Shown here piece after piece: positions 38,701 through 53,200 of a stretch of 64,000 nucleotides of DNA. A program made the position numbers and the translations under genes. The notes under the pieces were generated by a model, which saw only the letters and a program-made list of their open reading frames with translations, did no database searches and was not told where the DNA came from. Source of the DNA: the human T2T-CHM13v2.0 reference genome, Homo sapiens; assembly GCF_009914755.1 (NCBI RefSeq), contig NC_060935.1, one strand, 5' to 3'. Every line of letters begins with the position of its first letter. The stretch's first letter is position 1.

Positions 38701-41700
38701 GGACTTTCTACCAAAACACTGTTTCCAAATTGCTGAAAGAAAAGAAAAGTTTAAATATACCAGATGAATGCACACATCAGAATGCGTTTTGTCAGAGAGC
38801 TTCCTTCTAGTTTTTTTCCCGGGATATTCACTTTTTCACCATTTGTCTCAATGAACTCCCAAATGTCCATTGGCAGAATGGACAAAAACAGTGTTTCCAA
38901 ACTACTGAATCCAAATAAAGATTTAACTCTGTGAAATGAAAGAACACATCACAAAGCAGTTTCTCAGAATGCTTCTTTGTGGCTTTCATTTGAAGATGTT
39001 TCCTTTTTCACCATAGGCCTGAATGCGCTCCCAAATATCCCTGCAAGGATCTTCCAAAACAGTGTTTCCAAACTACTGAATGAAAAGAGACTCTGCAGGG
39101 TGAATGTACACATCACAAGGCTGTTTCTCAGAGAGCTTCTTTCTTGTTTTTAATCCTAGGATATAGGCTTTTTTCCCTATGGCATCAATGAGTTACCTAA
39201 TATCCCTTTGCATATTATAAAAAAACAGTGTTTTCATGCTGCTGAATCCAAAGAAAGAGTTACCTCTGAGAGATGAATGCACACATCAAAAAGCAGTTTA
39301 TCAGATACTTTCATTCTGCTTTTTATGTGAATGTATTTCCTTTTTCATCATAGGTCTCAATGCACTCCCAACTATCCCTTTGAAGATTCTACATAAACAG
39401 CATTTCCAAACTGCTGAAGCAAAAGAAACATTTAACACTGCAACATAAATGAGCACATCACAGAGCAGTTCCACAGATAACTTCCTTGTAGTTTTTCTCC
39501 TGGGATATTTGTTTTTTCACCATTGGCTTTAATTCGCTCCCAAAAGTCCATTTGAGGATTCCAGAGAAACACTGTTTCCAAACTGCAGAATCCAAAGAAA
39601 GGTTTAACTCTGTGAGATGAATACACACATCACAAAGCAGTTTCTCAGAAAGATTTTTTCAAGTTTTCATCTGAAGATATTTCCTTTTTCACCATACACC
39701 TAAATGTGCTCCCAAATATCTCTTCACACATTCTATCAAAACAGCGTTTCCAAACTGCTGAATGAAAAGAAAGATTTAACTCTGCAAGATGAATGGACAC
39801 ATCACAAGGTGGTTTCTCAGATAGCTTTCTTCTAGTATTTATCCTGGGATATTTGCTTTTTCCCCTATGGCCTACAGGACCTATTAAATATTCCTTCACA
39901 GATACTGCAAAAACAGTGTTTCCAAACTACTGAAACCAAAGAAAAGTTTAACTATTTGAGATGAATGCACACATCAGAAAGCAGTTTCTCAGAAAGCCAC
40001 TTTCTTTTTTTTTTTATCTGAAGATATTTCCTTTTTCACCATAGGCCTCAATGCATTCCCAAATATCCATTAGCAAATTCTACCAAAAGAGGTATTCCAA
40101 AATGCTGAATGAAAAGTATGGTTTAACTCTGCAAGATGAAAGCACACATCACAAACCAGTTTCTCAGAAAGGTTCTCTTTAGTTTTCATCTGAAGATATT
40201 TCATTTTTCACCATACGTCTCAATGTGCTCCAAAATATCGCTTCGCAGATACTACCAAAACTGTGTTTCCACACTGCTGAATTAAAGAATGGTTTAACTC
40301 TGTGAGATGAATGCACACAGAGTTGTTACTTGGATATTTTTCTTCTAGTTTTTATCCTGGTATATTCACTTTTTCACCATTGGCTTCAATGAGCTCTCAA
40401 ATGTCCATTTGCAGAATTTGCAAAAACAGTGTTTCAAAACTGGTGAATAAAAAGGAAGTTTAACTCTGTGAGATGAATGCATACATAACAAAGCAGTTTC
40501 TCAGATAGCTTCCTTCTACTTTCGATCCTGAGATATTTGCTTTTTTGCTTTTGGTCTCAATGAGTTCCCAAATATACATTCGCAGAATGGACAAAAATGG
40601 TGTTTACAAACTGCTAAATCCCAAGAAAGGTTTAGCTCTGTGAAATGAATGCACACACCACAAAGCAGTTTCTCAGAAAGCTTCTTTCTAGTTTTTATCT
40701 GAATATATTTGTTCTTTCACCATAGGCCTCAATGCATTCCCAAATATCCCTTCAAAGATTCTACAAGAACAGTGTTTCCCAACTGCTGAATGAAAACAAA
40801 GGTTTAATTCTGTGAGATGAATGTCCACATCATAAAGCGGTTTCTCAGATAGCTTCCTTATAGTTTTTATCCTTTGATGTTCCCTTTTTCCCCATTGGCC
40901 TGAATAAGGTCCCAAATTTCCATTTACAGAAATGTCAAAAACAGGGTTTCCAAAGTGCTGAATAAAAATAAAAGTTTAACTCTTCAAGATGAATGCACAT
41001 GTCACAAAGTAATTTATCAGATAACTTCCTTCTAGTTTTTATAATGGGATGTTCACTTCATCGCCTTTGGCCTCAATCAGCTCCCAAATATCCTTTCGCA
41101 GATTCTACAAAAATAGTGTTTCCAAACTGCTGATAACAAAGAAAGGTTTAATTCTGTGAGATGAATGCAGAAATCACAAAGCAGTTTCTCAGAAAGCTTC
41201 TTTCTAGTTTGTATCTGAAGATATTTCCTTTTTCACCAAAGGCCAAAATGCACTCCCAAATATGCCTTCACAGATTTTACAAAAAAAGTGCTTCCAAACT
41301 GCTGACTGAAAAGGATGATTTACCTCTGTGAGATGACTGCTCACATCACAAAACAATTTCTCGGATAGCTTCCTTCTAATTTTTATCCTGGGATATTTGT
41401 TTTATCACCTTTGGCCTCAATGGACTCCCAAATATCCCTTCGCTCTTTCTTTAAAAACAGTGTTTCCAAACTGCTCAATGCAAACAAATGTTTAACTCTG
41501 TGAGATGGATGCACACATCACAAAGCAGTTTCTCAGACAGCTTTCTTCTAGTTTTTACCTGGGATATTCACATTTTGACCATTGACCACAATGAGCTCCC
41601 AAATGTCCATTCACAGAATGGACAAAAACAGTGGTTTCAAATGCCTGATTGAAAAGAAAGGTTTAACTCTGAGAGATGAAATCACACATCACAAAGCAGA

Positions 41701-43004
41701 TTCTCAGACAGCTTTCTTCTCATTTTTACCTGTGGTATTTGCATTTCCATGATTGGCCACAATTAGCTCCCAAATGTCCATTTGCAGAATGGACAAAAGC
41801 AGTGGTTCCAAACTGCTGAATCCAACAGAAGGCTGAACTCTGTGACTTGACTGAACACATCAGAAAGAAGAGTCTCAGAAAGCTTCTTTCTAGTTTTTAA
41901 TCTGAATATATTTCCCTTTCTACCTTAGGCCTCAAAGCACTCCCAAATATCCCTTCACAGATTCTACCAAAACATTGTTTCCAAATTGCTGAAAGAAAAG
42001 AAAAGTTCAACTCTGCAAGATGAATGCACATATTACAAAGTGGTTTCTCAGATAGATTCCTTCTAGTTTTTATCCTGGGATATTTGCTTTTTTGCCTTTA
42101 GACCTAATGAGCTCCCAAATACTCCTTCTCAGATTCTACAAAAACAGTTTTTCCAAACTGCTGAATCCAAAGAAAGGTTTAACTCTGTGAGATGAATGCG
42201 CACATAACAAAGCAGCTTCTCAGAAAACTTCTATCTAGATTTATCTGAAGACATTTCCTTTTTCACCTTAGGCCTCAATGCACTCCCAAATATCCCTTCG
42301 CAGATTACACTGAAAGAGTGTTTCCAAATTGCTGAATGAAAACAAAGGTTTAACACTTCGAGAAGAATGCACAGATCACAAAGCAGTTTCTCAAATTGCT
42401 TTCTTCTATTTTTTATCCAGGGTTATTCACTTTTTTGACATTGGCTTAAATGAGCTCCAAAATATCCGTTCACAGAATGGACAAAATAGTTTTTCCAAAC
42501 TGCTGAATCCTAAGAAAGTTTTAACTCTGTAAGATGAATGGATACATCACAAATGGTTTCTCACAAAGCTTCTTTCAAGGATTTATCTGAATATATTTCC
42601 TTTTTCACCATATGCCTCAATACCTTCCCAAATATCCCTTCCCAGATCCTACAAAAACACTGTTTCCAAACTTCTGAAGGAAGAAAAATGTTTAACTCTG
42701 CGATATGAATGTGCACATCACAAAGCAGTTTCTCAGATAGCTTCCTTCTAGTTTTTATGCTGGGATATTCACTTTATTGCCTTTGTCCTCAATGAGCTCC
42801 CAAACATCCCTTTGTACATTCTACAAAAACAGGGTTTCTAAATTGCTGACACCAAAGAAAGTTTTAACTCTGTGAGATGAATGTTCAAATCACAAAGCAG
42901 TTTCTCAGAAAGGAACTTTCTAGTTTTTATGCTGGGATGTTTGCTTTTTCACCATTGGCCTCAAAGAGCTCCCAAATGTCCATTCACAGAATGGACAAAA
43001 GCAG
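23768..43004 (-). repeat. Divergent alpha satellite (X, Y and hybrid Y' monomers)
   Basis: Continuous ~171-bp monomers with scattered deletions and no transposon insertion seen. Confidence 0.97.
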
Positions 43005-46000
43005 ATATTTGGGAGCTCACTGAGGCCAAAGGCAATAATGCAAATATACCAGGATAAAAAGTAGAAGGAAGCTATCAGAAACCGTTTTGTGATGTGTGCA
43101 TTCATCTCGCAGAGGTAAACCATCCTTTTCAGTCCTCAGTTGGGAGAAACTGTTTTTGCAGTGTCTGCAAAGGGATATTTGGGAGTGCATTGAGGCCTAA
43201 GGTGAAAAAGCAAACAACTTCAGATTAAAACTAAAAAAAAGCGTTCTGAGAAACCCTTTCTGATGTGTGCATTCATCTTGCAGACTTAAAACTTTCTTTT
43301 GACTCAGCAGTTTGTAAACACTCTTTTTGTAGAATCAGCGAAGGGATATTTTGGAGCTCATTGAGGCCAATGGTGAAAAAGCGAATATCCCAGGAAAAAA
43401 CTTCAAGGAAGCTATCTGATAAACCACTTTGCAATGTGCACATTAATCTTGGAGAGTTAAAACTTTCTTTTCATTTGGCAGTTTGGAAACACTGTTTTGG
43501 TAAAATCTGTGAAGGCATATTTGGGAGTGCATTGAGGCCTGTGGTTAAAAAGAAAATATCTTCAGATGAAAACTAGAAAGAAGCTTTCTGAGAAACTGCA
43601 TTGTGATGTGTGAATTCACCTCACAGAGATAAACTTTTCTTTGGTTTCAGCAAATTGGAAATGATGTTTTTGTAGAATCTGTGAAGGGATATTTCAGAAC
43701 TCATTGAGGCCAAAGGCGAAAAAGTGAATATCCAGGATAAAAACTAGAAGGAAGCATATAAGAAACCACTTTGTGATGTGTGCAGTTATCTCTCAGAAGT
43801 AAACCCTCCCTTTCTCAGCATGTTTGGAAACACTGATTTTGTAGAATCTGTGAAGGATTATTAGGGAGTTCATTGTGGCCTATAGTGAAAAAGGAAATAA
43901 CTTCAGATAAAAACTAGAAAGAAGTCTTCTGAGAAACTGCTTTGTGATGGTTGTATTCATCTCACATAATTAAACTTTTCTTTGGATTCAGTAGTTTGGA
44001 AACGTTGTTTTGTCCATTCTGTGAATGGACATTTGGGAGCTTATTGAGGACAATGGAGAAAAAGTGATCATCCTAGGACAAAAACTAGAAGGAAGCTCTC
44101 TGAGAAACCGCTTTGTGATGTATGCACTCTTCTCACAGAGTTAAATCATTCTTTTAATTCAGCAGCTTGGAAACACTGTTTTGGTAGAATCCATGAAGGG
44201 ATATTTTGGAGCGTGTTGAGGTCTATGGTGAAATAGGAAACATCTTCAGATAATAACTGGAAAGAAACTTTCTGAGAAAGTGCTTTGTAATGTGTGCGTT
44301 CATGTCACAGAGTTAAACGTTTCTTTGATTTCAGCAGTCTGGAAACAGTCTTTTTGTCCATTCTATGAATGGACGTTTTGGAGCTCATTGAGGCCAAAGG
44401 CAAAAATGGAAATATCCCACGAGAAAAACTAGAAGGAAGCTATCTGACAAACCACTTTGTGATGTGTGCATTCATCTCACAGAGTTAACCTTTCTTTTAA
44501 TTCAGCAGTTTGAAAACACACTTGTGGTAGAATCTGTGATGGGACATTTGGGAGCCCATTGAGGCCTATGGTGAAAAATGAAATATGTTGAGATAAAAAC
44601 TGAGAAGAATCATTCTGAGAAACTGCTTTGGAGGTGTGCATTCATCTCACTGAGTTGAACCTTTCTGTGGATTAAGCAGTTTCAAAACTCTGTTTTTTTT
44701 AGAATCTGTGAAGAGATATTAGGGAGCTTATTGAGGCCAAATGCAGAAAATCAAATATCTCAGGAAAAAAAACTAGAAGGAAACTATCTCAGAAACCGCT
44801 TTGTGATGTGTGCATTCATCTAGCAAATTTAAATCTTTCTTTTCCTTCAGCAGTTTGGAAACACTGTGTTTGCAAAATCTGCGATGAGCTATTTGGAAGT
44901 GCATTAAGGCCTATGATTAAGAAGGAAATAGCTTCACATAAGAACTAGAAGCAAGTTGTCTGAGAAACTGCTTTGTGATATGTGCATTCAACTCACAGAG
45001 ATATAACTTTCCTTGGATTCTGCAGGTTGGAAACACTGTTTTTGTAGAATCTGTGAAGGGATATTGGGGAGCTCATTGAGGGCAAAGATGATAAAGTGAA
45101 CATAACTGGATAAAAACTAGAAGGAAGCTATTTGAGAAACCACTTTGTGATGTGTGCATTCATCGCAAATTTAAACCATTCTTTTCTTTCAGCAGTTTGG
45201 AAACACAGTTTTGGTACACTCTGAAAAGGGATACTTGAGAACTCATTGAAACATAGGGTGAAAATGGAAACATTTTCTAATAAAAACTCTAAAGAAATCT
45301 TCTGAGAAACAGCTTTTATGATGTGTGCATTCATCTCACTCTGTTAAACATTTCTTCGGATTCAGCAGTTTGGAAACAGAGTTTTGCAGAAACTGCGAAG
45401 GGATATTTGGGAGCTCATTAAGGCTAAAGGCGAATATCCCAGGATAAAAACTGAAAGGAAGCTATCTGAGAAACCACTTTGTGATGTGTGCATTCACCTC
45501 ACAGAAGTAAAACTTTCTTTTCATTCAACAGTTTTGGAAACTGTGTTTGAAAAATCTGCAAAGGGATGCTTGGAACAGCATTGATGCCTAAGGTGAAGAA
45601 GGAAATATCTTCAGATAAAAAATAGAAAGAAGCTTTCTGAGAAACTGTTTCTTGATGTGTGCAGTCGTCTCACAGCATTAAACTTTTCTTTAGATTTGAT
45701 AGTTTGCAAACACTGTTTTTGTCCATTCTGTGAATGGACATTTTGGAGCTCATTGAGGCTAAAGGCAAAAAAGGGAATATCCCAGGGCAAAAGCTGGAAG
45801 GAAGATATCTGAGAAACCGCTTTGTTATGTGTACATTCAACTTACAAAGTTAAACCTTTTTTTTCATTCAGCAGTTTGGAAACACTGTTTTGGCAGAATC
45901 TGCAAAGGGATATGTGGGATCACATAGAGGCATACGGTGAAAGAGAAAATAACTTCTGATAAAAACTAGAAAGAAGCCTTCTGAAAACTGCTATGTGATG

Positions 46001-49000
46001 ACTACACTCATTGTACAGAGTTAAAAATTTATTTGGAATCAGAAGCTTGGAAACACTGTTTTTGAATAATCTACCACATGATATTTTATAGATAATTGAT
46101 GCCATAGGAGAAAAAATGAATATACCTTTATAATAACTAGAAGGAAACTATTTTAGAAACCGTTTTGTGATGTGTGCATTCTCCTCGCAGAGTGAAATCT
46201 TTCTTTCACTCAGCAGTTTGTAAACACTGTTTTGGTGGAATCTGTGAAGAGATATTTGGGAGCTCATTGAGGCCTATGTTGAAAATGGAAATAGCTTCAG
46301 ATAAAAACTAGAAAGAAACTTTCTGAGAAACAGCTTTGTGGTGTGTGCAATCATCTCACAGTGTTCAAACTTTTTTTGGATTCAGCAGTTTGGAAACACT
46401 GTGTTCTCCATTCTGTGAATGGATATTTGGGAGCTCATTGAGATCATTGGTGAAAAAGTGAATATTCCAAGATAAAAACTAGAAGGCAGCTATCTGAGAA
46501 ACCCATTTGTGATGTGTACATTCAACTCACAGAGTTAAGGTTTCTTTTCATGCAGCAGTTTGGAAACACTGTTTTGGTAGAATTTGTGAAGGTATATTTG
46601 GAGAGCACTGAGGCCTATGTTGAAAACAGAAATAGCTTCAGGTAAAAACTAGAAAGAAGCTTCCTAAGAAACTGCTTTGAGATTTGTGCAATCAACTCAC
46701 AGAGTTAACCCTTTCTTTGGATACAGCAGTTTGGAAACACAGTTTTGTCCATTCTGCAAATGGATATTTCAGAGCCAATTGAGGTCAATTGCAAAAAAGC
46801 GAATATTCCAGCATAAAAACTAGAAGGGAGCTATCTGAGAAACCCATTTGGGATGTGTGCAATCATCTAGCAGATTTAAAGGTTTCTTTTCATTCAGCAG
46901 TTTGGAAACAAAGTTTTGGTAAAATCTATGAAGGGATATTTTGGAATGCATAGAGGCCTATGGTGAAAAAGGACATAACTTCAGACATAAACCAGAAAGA
47001 ATTTTTCTGAGAAACTGCTTTGTGATGAGGGCATTCATCTCACAGAGATAAACCGTTTTTGGATTCAGCAGTTTGGATACACTGTTGTTGTAGAATCTGT
47101 GAATGGATATTGGGGAGGCCAAAGGTGAAAAAGTGAATATCCAAAGATAAAAATTAGAAGGGAGCCATCAGAGAAACTGCTTTGGTAAGTATGCATTCAT
47201 CTCACAGATTTAAACCTTTCTTTTAATTCAGCAGTTTGGACATACATTTTTGGTAGAATCTGCGAGGGGATATTTGGGAGAACATTGATGCCTATGGTGA
47301 AAATGGAAATATCTTCAGATAAAAACTAGAAAGAAGCTTTCTGAGAAACTGCGTTGTGATGCGTCCATTCCTCTCACAGAGTTAAACATTTCTTTGGATG
47401 CAGCAGTTTGGAAACACTGTTTTTGTCCATTCTGCGAATGGACATTTTGGAAGTCAATGAGGCCAATGGCAAAAAAATGAATATCGCTTTATAAAAACCA
47501 GAAGGAAGTTATTTAAGAAACCAATTTAGATGTGTGCATTCATCTCACAGAGTTAAATCTTTCTTATCATTCAGCAGTTTGGAAACACTACTTTTCTGGA
47601 ATATGCAAAGGGGGATTTGTGAGCTCATTGAGGCCAAAGGTGAAAAAGCAAATGTCCCAGGATAAAAACTAGAAGGAAGCTATCTGAGAAACTCCTTTGT
47701 GATGTGCACATTTATCTCACAGAGTTAAACCTTTCTTTTCATTCAGCCATTTGGAAACTCTGTTTTTGAAGAATTGGCAAAGGGATATTTGGGAGCGTAT
47801 TGAGGCCTATGATGAAACAGGCTTATGACGAAACTAGAAACAAGCTTTCTGAGAAAGTGCTTTGTGATGTGTCCATTCATCTCAGAGAGTTAAACCTTTC
47901 TTTAGATTCATCAGTTTGGAAACACTGTTTTTGTCCATTGTGCAAATGGACATTTGGAAGTTCATTGAAGCCAATGGCAAAAAAGTGAATATCCCACGAC
48001 AAAAACTAGATGAAAACTATCTGAGAAATCGCTTTGTGATGTGTTCATTCTTCTCACACATTTAAACTTTTCTTTGGATTCATCTGTTTGGAAGCACTGT
48101 TTTAGTAGAATCTGTGAAAGGGTATTTGGGAGCTCACTGAGGCCAAAGCCAATAAAAAGAAAATCCCAGGGTAAAAACTAGAAGGAAGCTCTCTGAGTAA
48201 CTGCTTTCTGATGTGTGCATTTGCCTCGCAGAGATAAACATTTATTTTCCTTCAACAGTTTGGAAACACAGTTTTGGTAGAATGTGCAAAATGTTATTTG
48301 GGAGTGCATTGAGGCTTATGGTGCAAAAGGCAATATCTAAAGATTAAAACTAGAAAGAAATTTTCTGAGAAACTGTTTTGTGATGTATGCGTTCATCTCA
48401 CAGAGTTCAACTTTTCTTTAGATTCAGCAGTTTGGAAACACTGTTTTAGTCCATTCTGAGAACAGACATTTGGGTGCTTATTGAGGCCAATGGTGAAAAA
48501 GCGAATACCCCAGGATAAAAACTAGAAGGAAGCTATCAGAGAAACTGTTTTTGATGTGTGCCTTCATCTTTCACAGTTATACCTTTCTTTTCATTCAGCA
48601 GTTTAGAAACACTCTTTTGGTAGACCCTGCATAGAGATATTTGCGAGCGCACTGAGACCAATGGTGAAAAAGGAAATATCTTAAGAAAAAAACTTGATAG
48701 AACTTTCTGAGAAACTGCTTTGTGATGTGTGCCTTCATCTCACAGAGTTAAACCTTTCTTTTATTCAGCAGTTTAGGAACACTGTTTTTGTCCATTCTGT
48801 GAATGTATATTTGGAACCTCATTGAGGCCAATTGAGAAAAAGTGATTATCCCAGGATAAAAACTAGAAGGAAGTCATCTGAGAAATCACTTTGTGATGAG
48901 TGCATTCATCTCGCAGAGTTAAACTTTTCTTTTCATCAGCAGTTTGTAAATTCTGTTTTTGGTAGAATCTGTGAAGGGATATTTGGGAGGGTTATGAGGC

Positions 49001-49238
49001 CTATGGTCAAAAAAGAAATACCTTAAGACAAAACCTAGAAAGAAGCTTTCTGAGAAACTGCTATGTGATGTGTTCATTCATCTCACAGAGTTAAACCTTT
49101 CTTTGATTCAGCAGTTTGGAAATACTCTTTTCATAGAATCTGTAAAGGGATATTTTGGAGCTCATTGAGGCCAAATCCGAGAAAGCAAACATGTGAGGAT
49201 AAAATCTAGAAGGAAACTATCTGTGAAACTTCTTTGTT

Positions 49239-50240
49239 ATGTGTACATTCATCTCAAAGTGTTAAGGCATTTCTTTAGACTCAGCAGTTTGGAAACACAG
49301 TTTTTGTCCATTCTGCGAGTGGGCATTTCAGAGCTCATTGAGGCCAATGGCAAAAAAGTGAATACCCCAGCATAAAAGAAGAAGGAAGCCATCTGAGAAA
49401 CTGATTTGTGATGTGTGTATTCACCTCTCCCTGTTAAAACTTTCATTTCTTTCAGCAGTTTTGAAACAATGTTTTGGTACAATCCATGAAGGGATATTTG
49501 GGAGCTCATTGAGGCCTATGTTGAAAAAGAAAATATCTTCAGATTAAAAATTAGAAAGAAACATTCTGAGAAACTGCTTTGTGATGTGTCCATTCATTTC
49601 ACAGAGTTAAACCTTTCTTTGGATTCATCAGTTTGGAATCACTGTTTTGTAGAATCTGGCAAATCTGAAAAAGAAAACACATGAGGATAAAATCTAGAAG
49701 GAAGCTACCTGTGAAATTTCTTTGTGATGTGTACATTCATCTCAAAGTGTTAAGGCATTTCTTTAGACTCAGCAGTTTGGAAACACAGTTTTTGTCCATT
49801 CTGCGAGTGGGCATTTCAGAGCTCATTGAGGCCAATGGCAAAAAAGTGAATACCCCAGGATAAAAGAAGAAGGAAGCCATCTGAGAAACTGATTTGTGAT
49901 GTGTGTATTCACCTCTCCCTGTTAAAACTTTCATTTCTTTCAGCAGTTTTGAAACAATGTTTTGGTACAATCCATGAAGGGATATTTGGGAGCTCATTGA
50001 GGCCTATGTTGAAAAAGAAAATATCTTCAGATTAAAAATTAGAAAGAAACATTCTGAGAAACTGCTTTGTGATGTGTCCATTCATTTCACAGAGTTAAAC
50101 CTTTCTTTGGATTCATCAGTTTGGAATCACTGTTTTGTAGAATCTGGCAAATCTGAAAAAGAAAACACATGAGGATAAAATCTAGAAGGAAGCTACCTGT
50201 GAAATTTCTTTGTGATGTGTACATTCATCTCAAAGTGTTA
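49239..50240 (+). repeat. Near-perfect 488-bp tandem duplication (3 monomers, one partly deleted)
   Basis: 49239-49752 matches 49727-50240 with a single difference that I could find (C49371 versus G49859). The ORF track shows twin ORFs offset by 488. Confidence 0.95.
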
Positions 50241-53200
50241 AACATTTCCTTAGATTCAGCAGTTTGGAAACACAGTTTTTGTCCATTCTGCGAATGGGCA
50301 TTTTGGAGCTCATTGAGTCTAAAGGCAAAAAACTGAATATCCCAGGATAAAAACTAAAAGGAAGCTCTCTTAGAAACAGCTTTGTGAAGTGTGCATTCAT
50401 CTGGCACATTTAAACTTTTCTTTAATTCAAGAGTTTGGAAACACTGTTTTTGAATATCCTGCAAATTGATATTTTTGGGAGTGCTTTGAGGCCTATTGTG
50501 AAAAAGGAAATATCTCAAGACAAAAACTAGAAAGAAGCTTCCTGAGAAAATGCTTTGTGATGTGTGCATTCAGCTCAGAGAGTTAAAACTTTCTCTGCAA
50601 TCAGTAGTTTGGAAAAAATGTTGTCCATTCTGTGAATGGATATTTGAGTTCTTCGAGGCCAATGATGAAAAAGTAAATATCCCAGGATAAAAACTAGAAG
50701 AAAGCTATCTGAGAAACTTCTTTGTTATATGTGCATTCCTCTCACAGAGTAAAATCTTTATTTTCATTCAGCAGTTTGGAAATTCTCTTTCAATAGAATC
50801 TGTAAAGGGAAATTTGGGAGCTCTTTGAGGTCTCTGATGAAAATGGAAATATCTTCAGATAAAAACCAGCAAGAATCTTTCTGAGAAACTGCTTTGTTAT
50901 GTGTGCATTCATCTCACAGAGTTAAATATATCTATAGATTCAGCAGTTTGGAATGACTGTTTTGTCCATTCTGTGAATGTACATTTTGGAACTCATTGTG
51001 GCCTAATGGGAAAAAGTGAATATCACAGGATAAAAACTAGAAGGAAGCTATTTGAGGAAACTCTTTGTGATGTGGGCATTCATCTTGCAGAGTTAAACCT
51101 TTCTTTGAAATCAGCAGTTTGGAAACACTGTTTTGGTAGAATCTACGAAGGCATATTTGGGAGTGCATTGAGGCATTTGGTGATAAGGGAAATACCTTCA
51201 TATGAAATCTAGAAAAAGATTTCTGAAAATCTGCTTTGTAATGTGTGCATTCTTCTCACAGAGTTAAAATTTTCTTTGGATTCAGTAGTTTGGAAACACT
51301 GTTTTTGTAGAATCTGCAAAGGGATATTTAGGAGTCCATTTTGGCCAAAGGTGAAAAAATGAATATCCCTAGATTAAAACACGAAGGAAGATATCTGAGA
51401 AACCACTTGGTCATATGTGCCTTAATGTTGCTGATATAAAATTTTGTTCTCATTCAGCAGTTTGGAAACACTATTTTTGTGGAATCTCTGAAGGGATATT
51501 TGAGAGTGCATTGAGGCATATGTTAAAAAGGGAAACATCTTCAGATAAAAACTAGAAAGGAGCTTTCTGAGAAACTGCTTTGTAATGTGTGATTCATCTC
51601 ACAGCGTTAAGCATTACTTTTGATTCAGCAGTTTGGAAACACTGTTTTTGCAGAGTCCACAAAGGAATATTTGATAGCTCTTTGAGGCCAAAGGTGAAAA
51701 AAAAAATCTCAGGAAAAAACTGGAAGGAAACTATCTGAGAAACTGCTTTGTGATGTGTGCACTTATCTCGCACAGCTAAAACTTTCTTTTCATTCAGCAT
51801 TTTGGAAAAACTGTTTCAGTAGGATCTGTGAAGGAATATTTGGGAGCTCATTGAGACCAGAGGTGAAAAAGGAAATACCTTCAGTTTATAAACAAGGAAG
51901 AAGCTTTTTGATAAAGTGCTTTGTGATGTGTGCATTCATCTCACAGAGTTAAATATTTCTTTGGATTCAGCAGTTTGGAAACACCGTTTTTGTCCATTTT
52001 GTGAATGGACATTTGGGAGGTTGTTGAGTCCAATGGTGAAAAAAGGAATACTTCTGCCTAATAACTTGAAGAACGTTAACTGAGAAACCCCTTTGTGATG
52101 TGTGCGTTTATCTACAGTTAAACCTTTCTTTTCATTCAGCAGTCTGGAAACACTATTTTGTAGAATCTGTAAAGGGATATTTGGGAGTGTCTTGAGGCCT
52201 ATGGTGAAAAAGGAAATATCTTCAGATAAAAACTAGAGAGAATCTTTCTGAGAAACTGCTTTGTGATGTGTGCATTCATCTCACAGAGTTAAACTTTTCT
52301 TTGGATTCAGTAGTTTAGAGACAGTGTTTTTGTCCTTTCTGGGAATGGACATTTTGGAGCTCATTGAGGCAAAATGAAAAAACCAAATATCACATGATTA
52401 AAAACTAGAAGGAAGCTACTTGAGAAACCGCTTTGTGATGTGTGCATTCATGTCACAGAGTTAAACCACTTTTTCTTTCAGCAGTTTGGAAATACTGTTT
52501 TAGCAGGATTTGCTGAGGAATATTTTGGAGCATATTGAGACCATAGGTGAAAAAGCAAATATCCCAAGATAAAAACTCGAAGGAAGGTATCTGAGAAACC
52601 ACTTTGTGATGTGTGCATTCAACTCACAGAATTAAAACTTTCTTTTCATTCAGTATTGTGAAAACCCTCTTTTTGTAGTATGTGTGAAGAGATATTTGGG
52701 AGTGCCTGAGGCCTACAGTGAAAAAGGAAATATCTTTAGATTAAAAACTAGAAAGAAGCATTCTTAAAAACTGCTTTGTGATGTGTGCATTCATCTCACA
52801 GAATTAAACCTTTCTGTGGATTCAACGGTTTGGAAACACTGTATTTGTTCATTCTGAGAGTGGACATTTGGAAGCTCAGTAAGGCCAATGGTGAAAAAGC
52901 AAATAAATCAGGATAAAAACTGGAAGGAATCTACCAGAGAAATTGATTTGTAATGTGTGCATTAATCTCGAAGAGATAAACTTTTCTTTTCATTCAGAAG
53001 TTTGGGAACACTGTTTTTGTAGAATCTGTGAAGGGGTATTTAGGAGTGCATTGAGGCTTATGGTGAAAAAGGAAATATCTTCAGATAAAAACAAGAAGGA
53101 AGCTTTCTCAGAAACTGCTTTGTGATGTGTGCATTTGGATTTCTTTGGATTCATCTCTTTGGAAACACTGTTTTTATAGAATCTGCAAAGGGACATTTGA

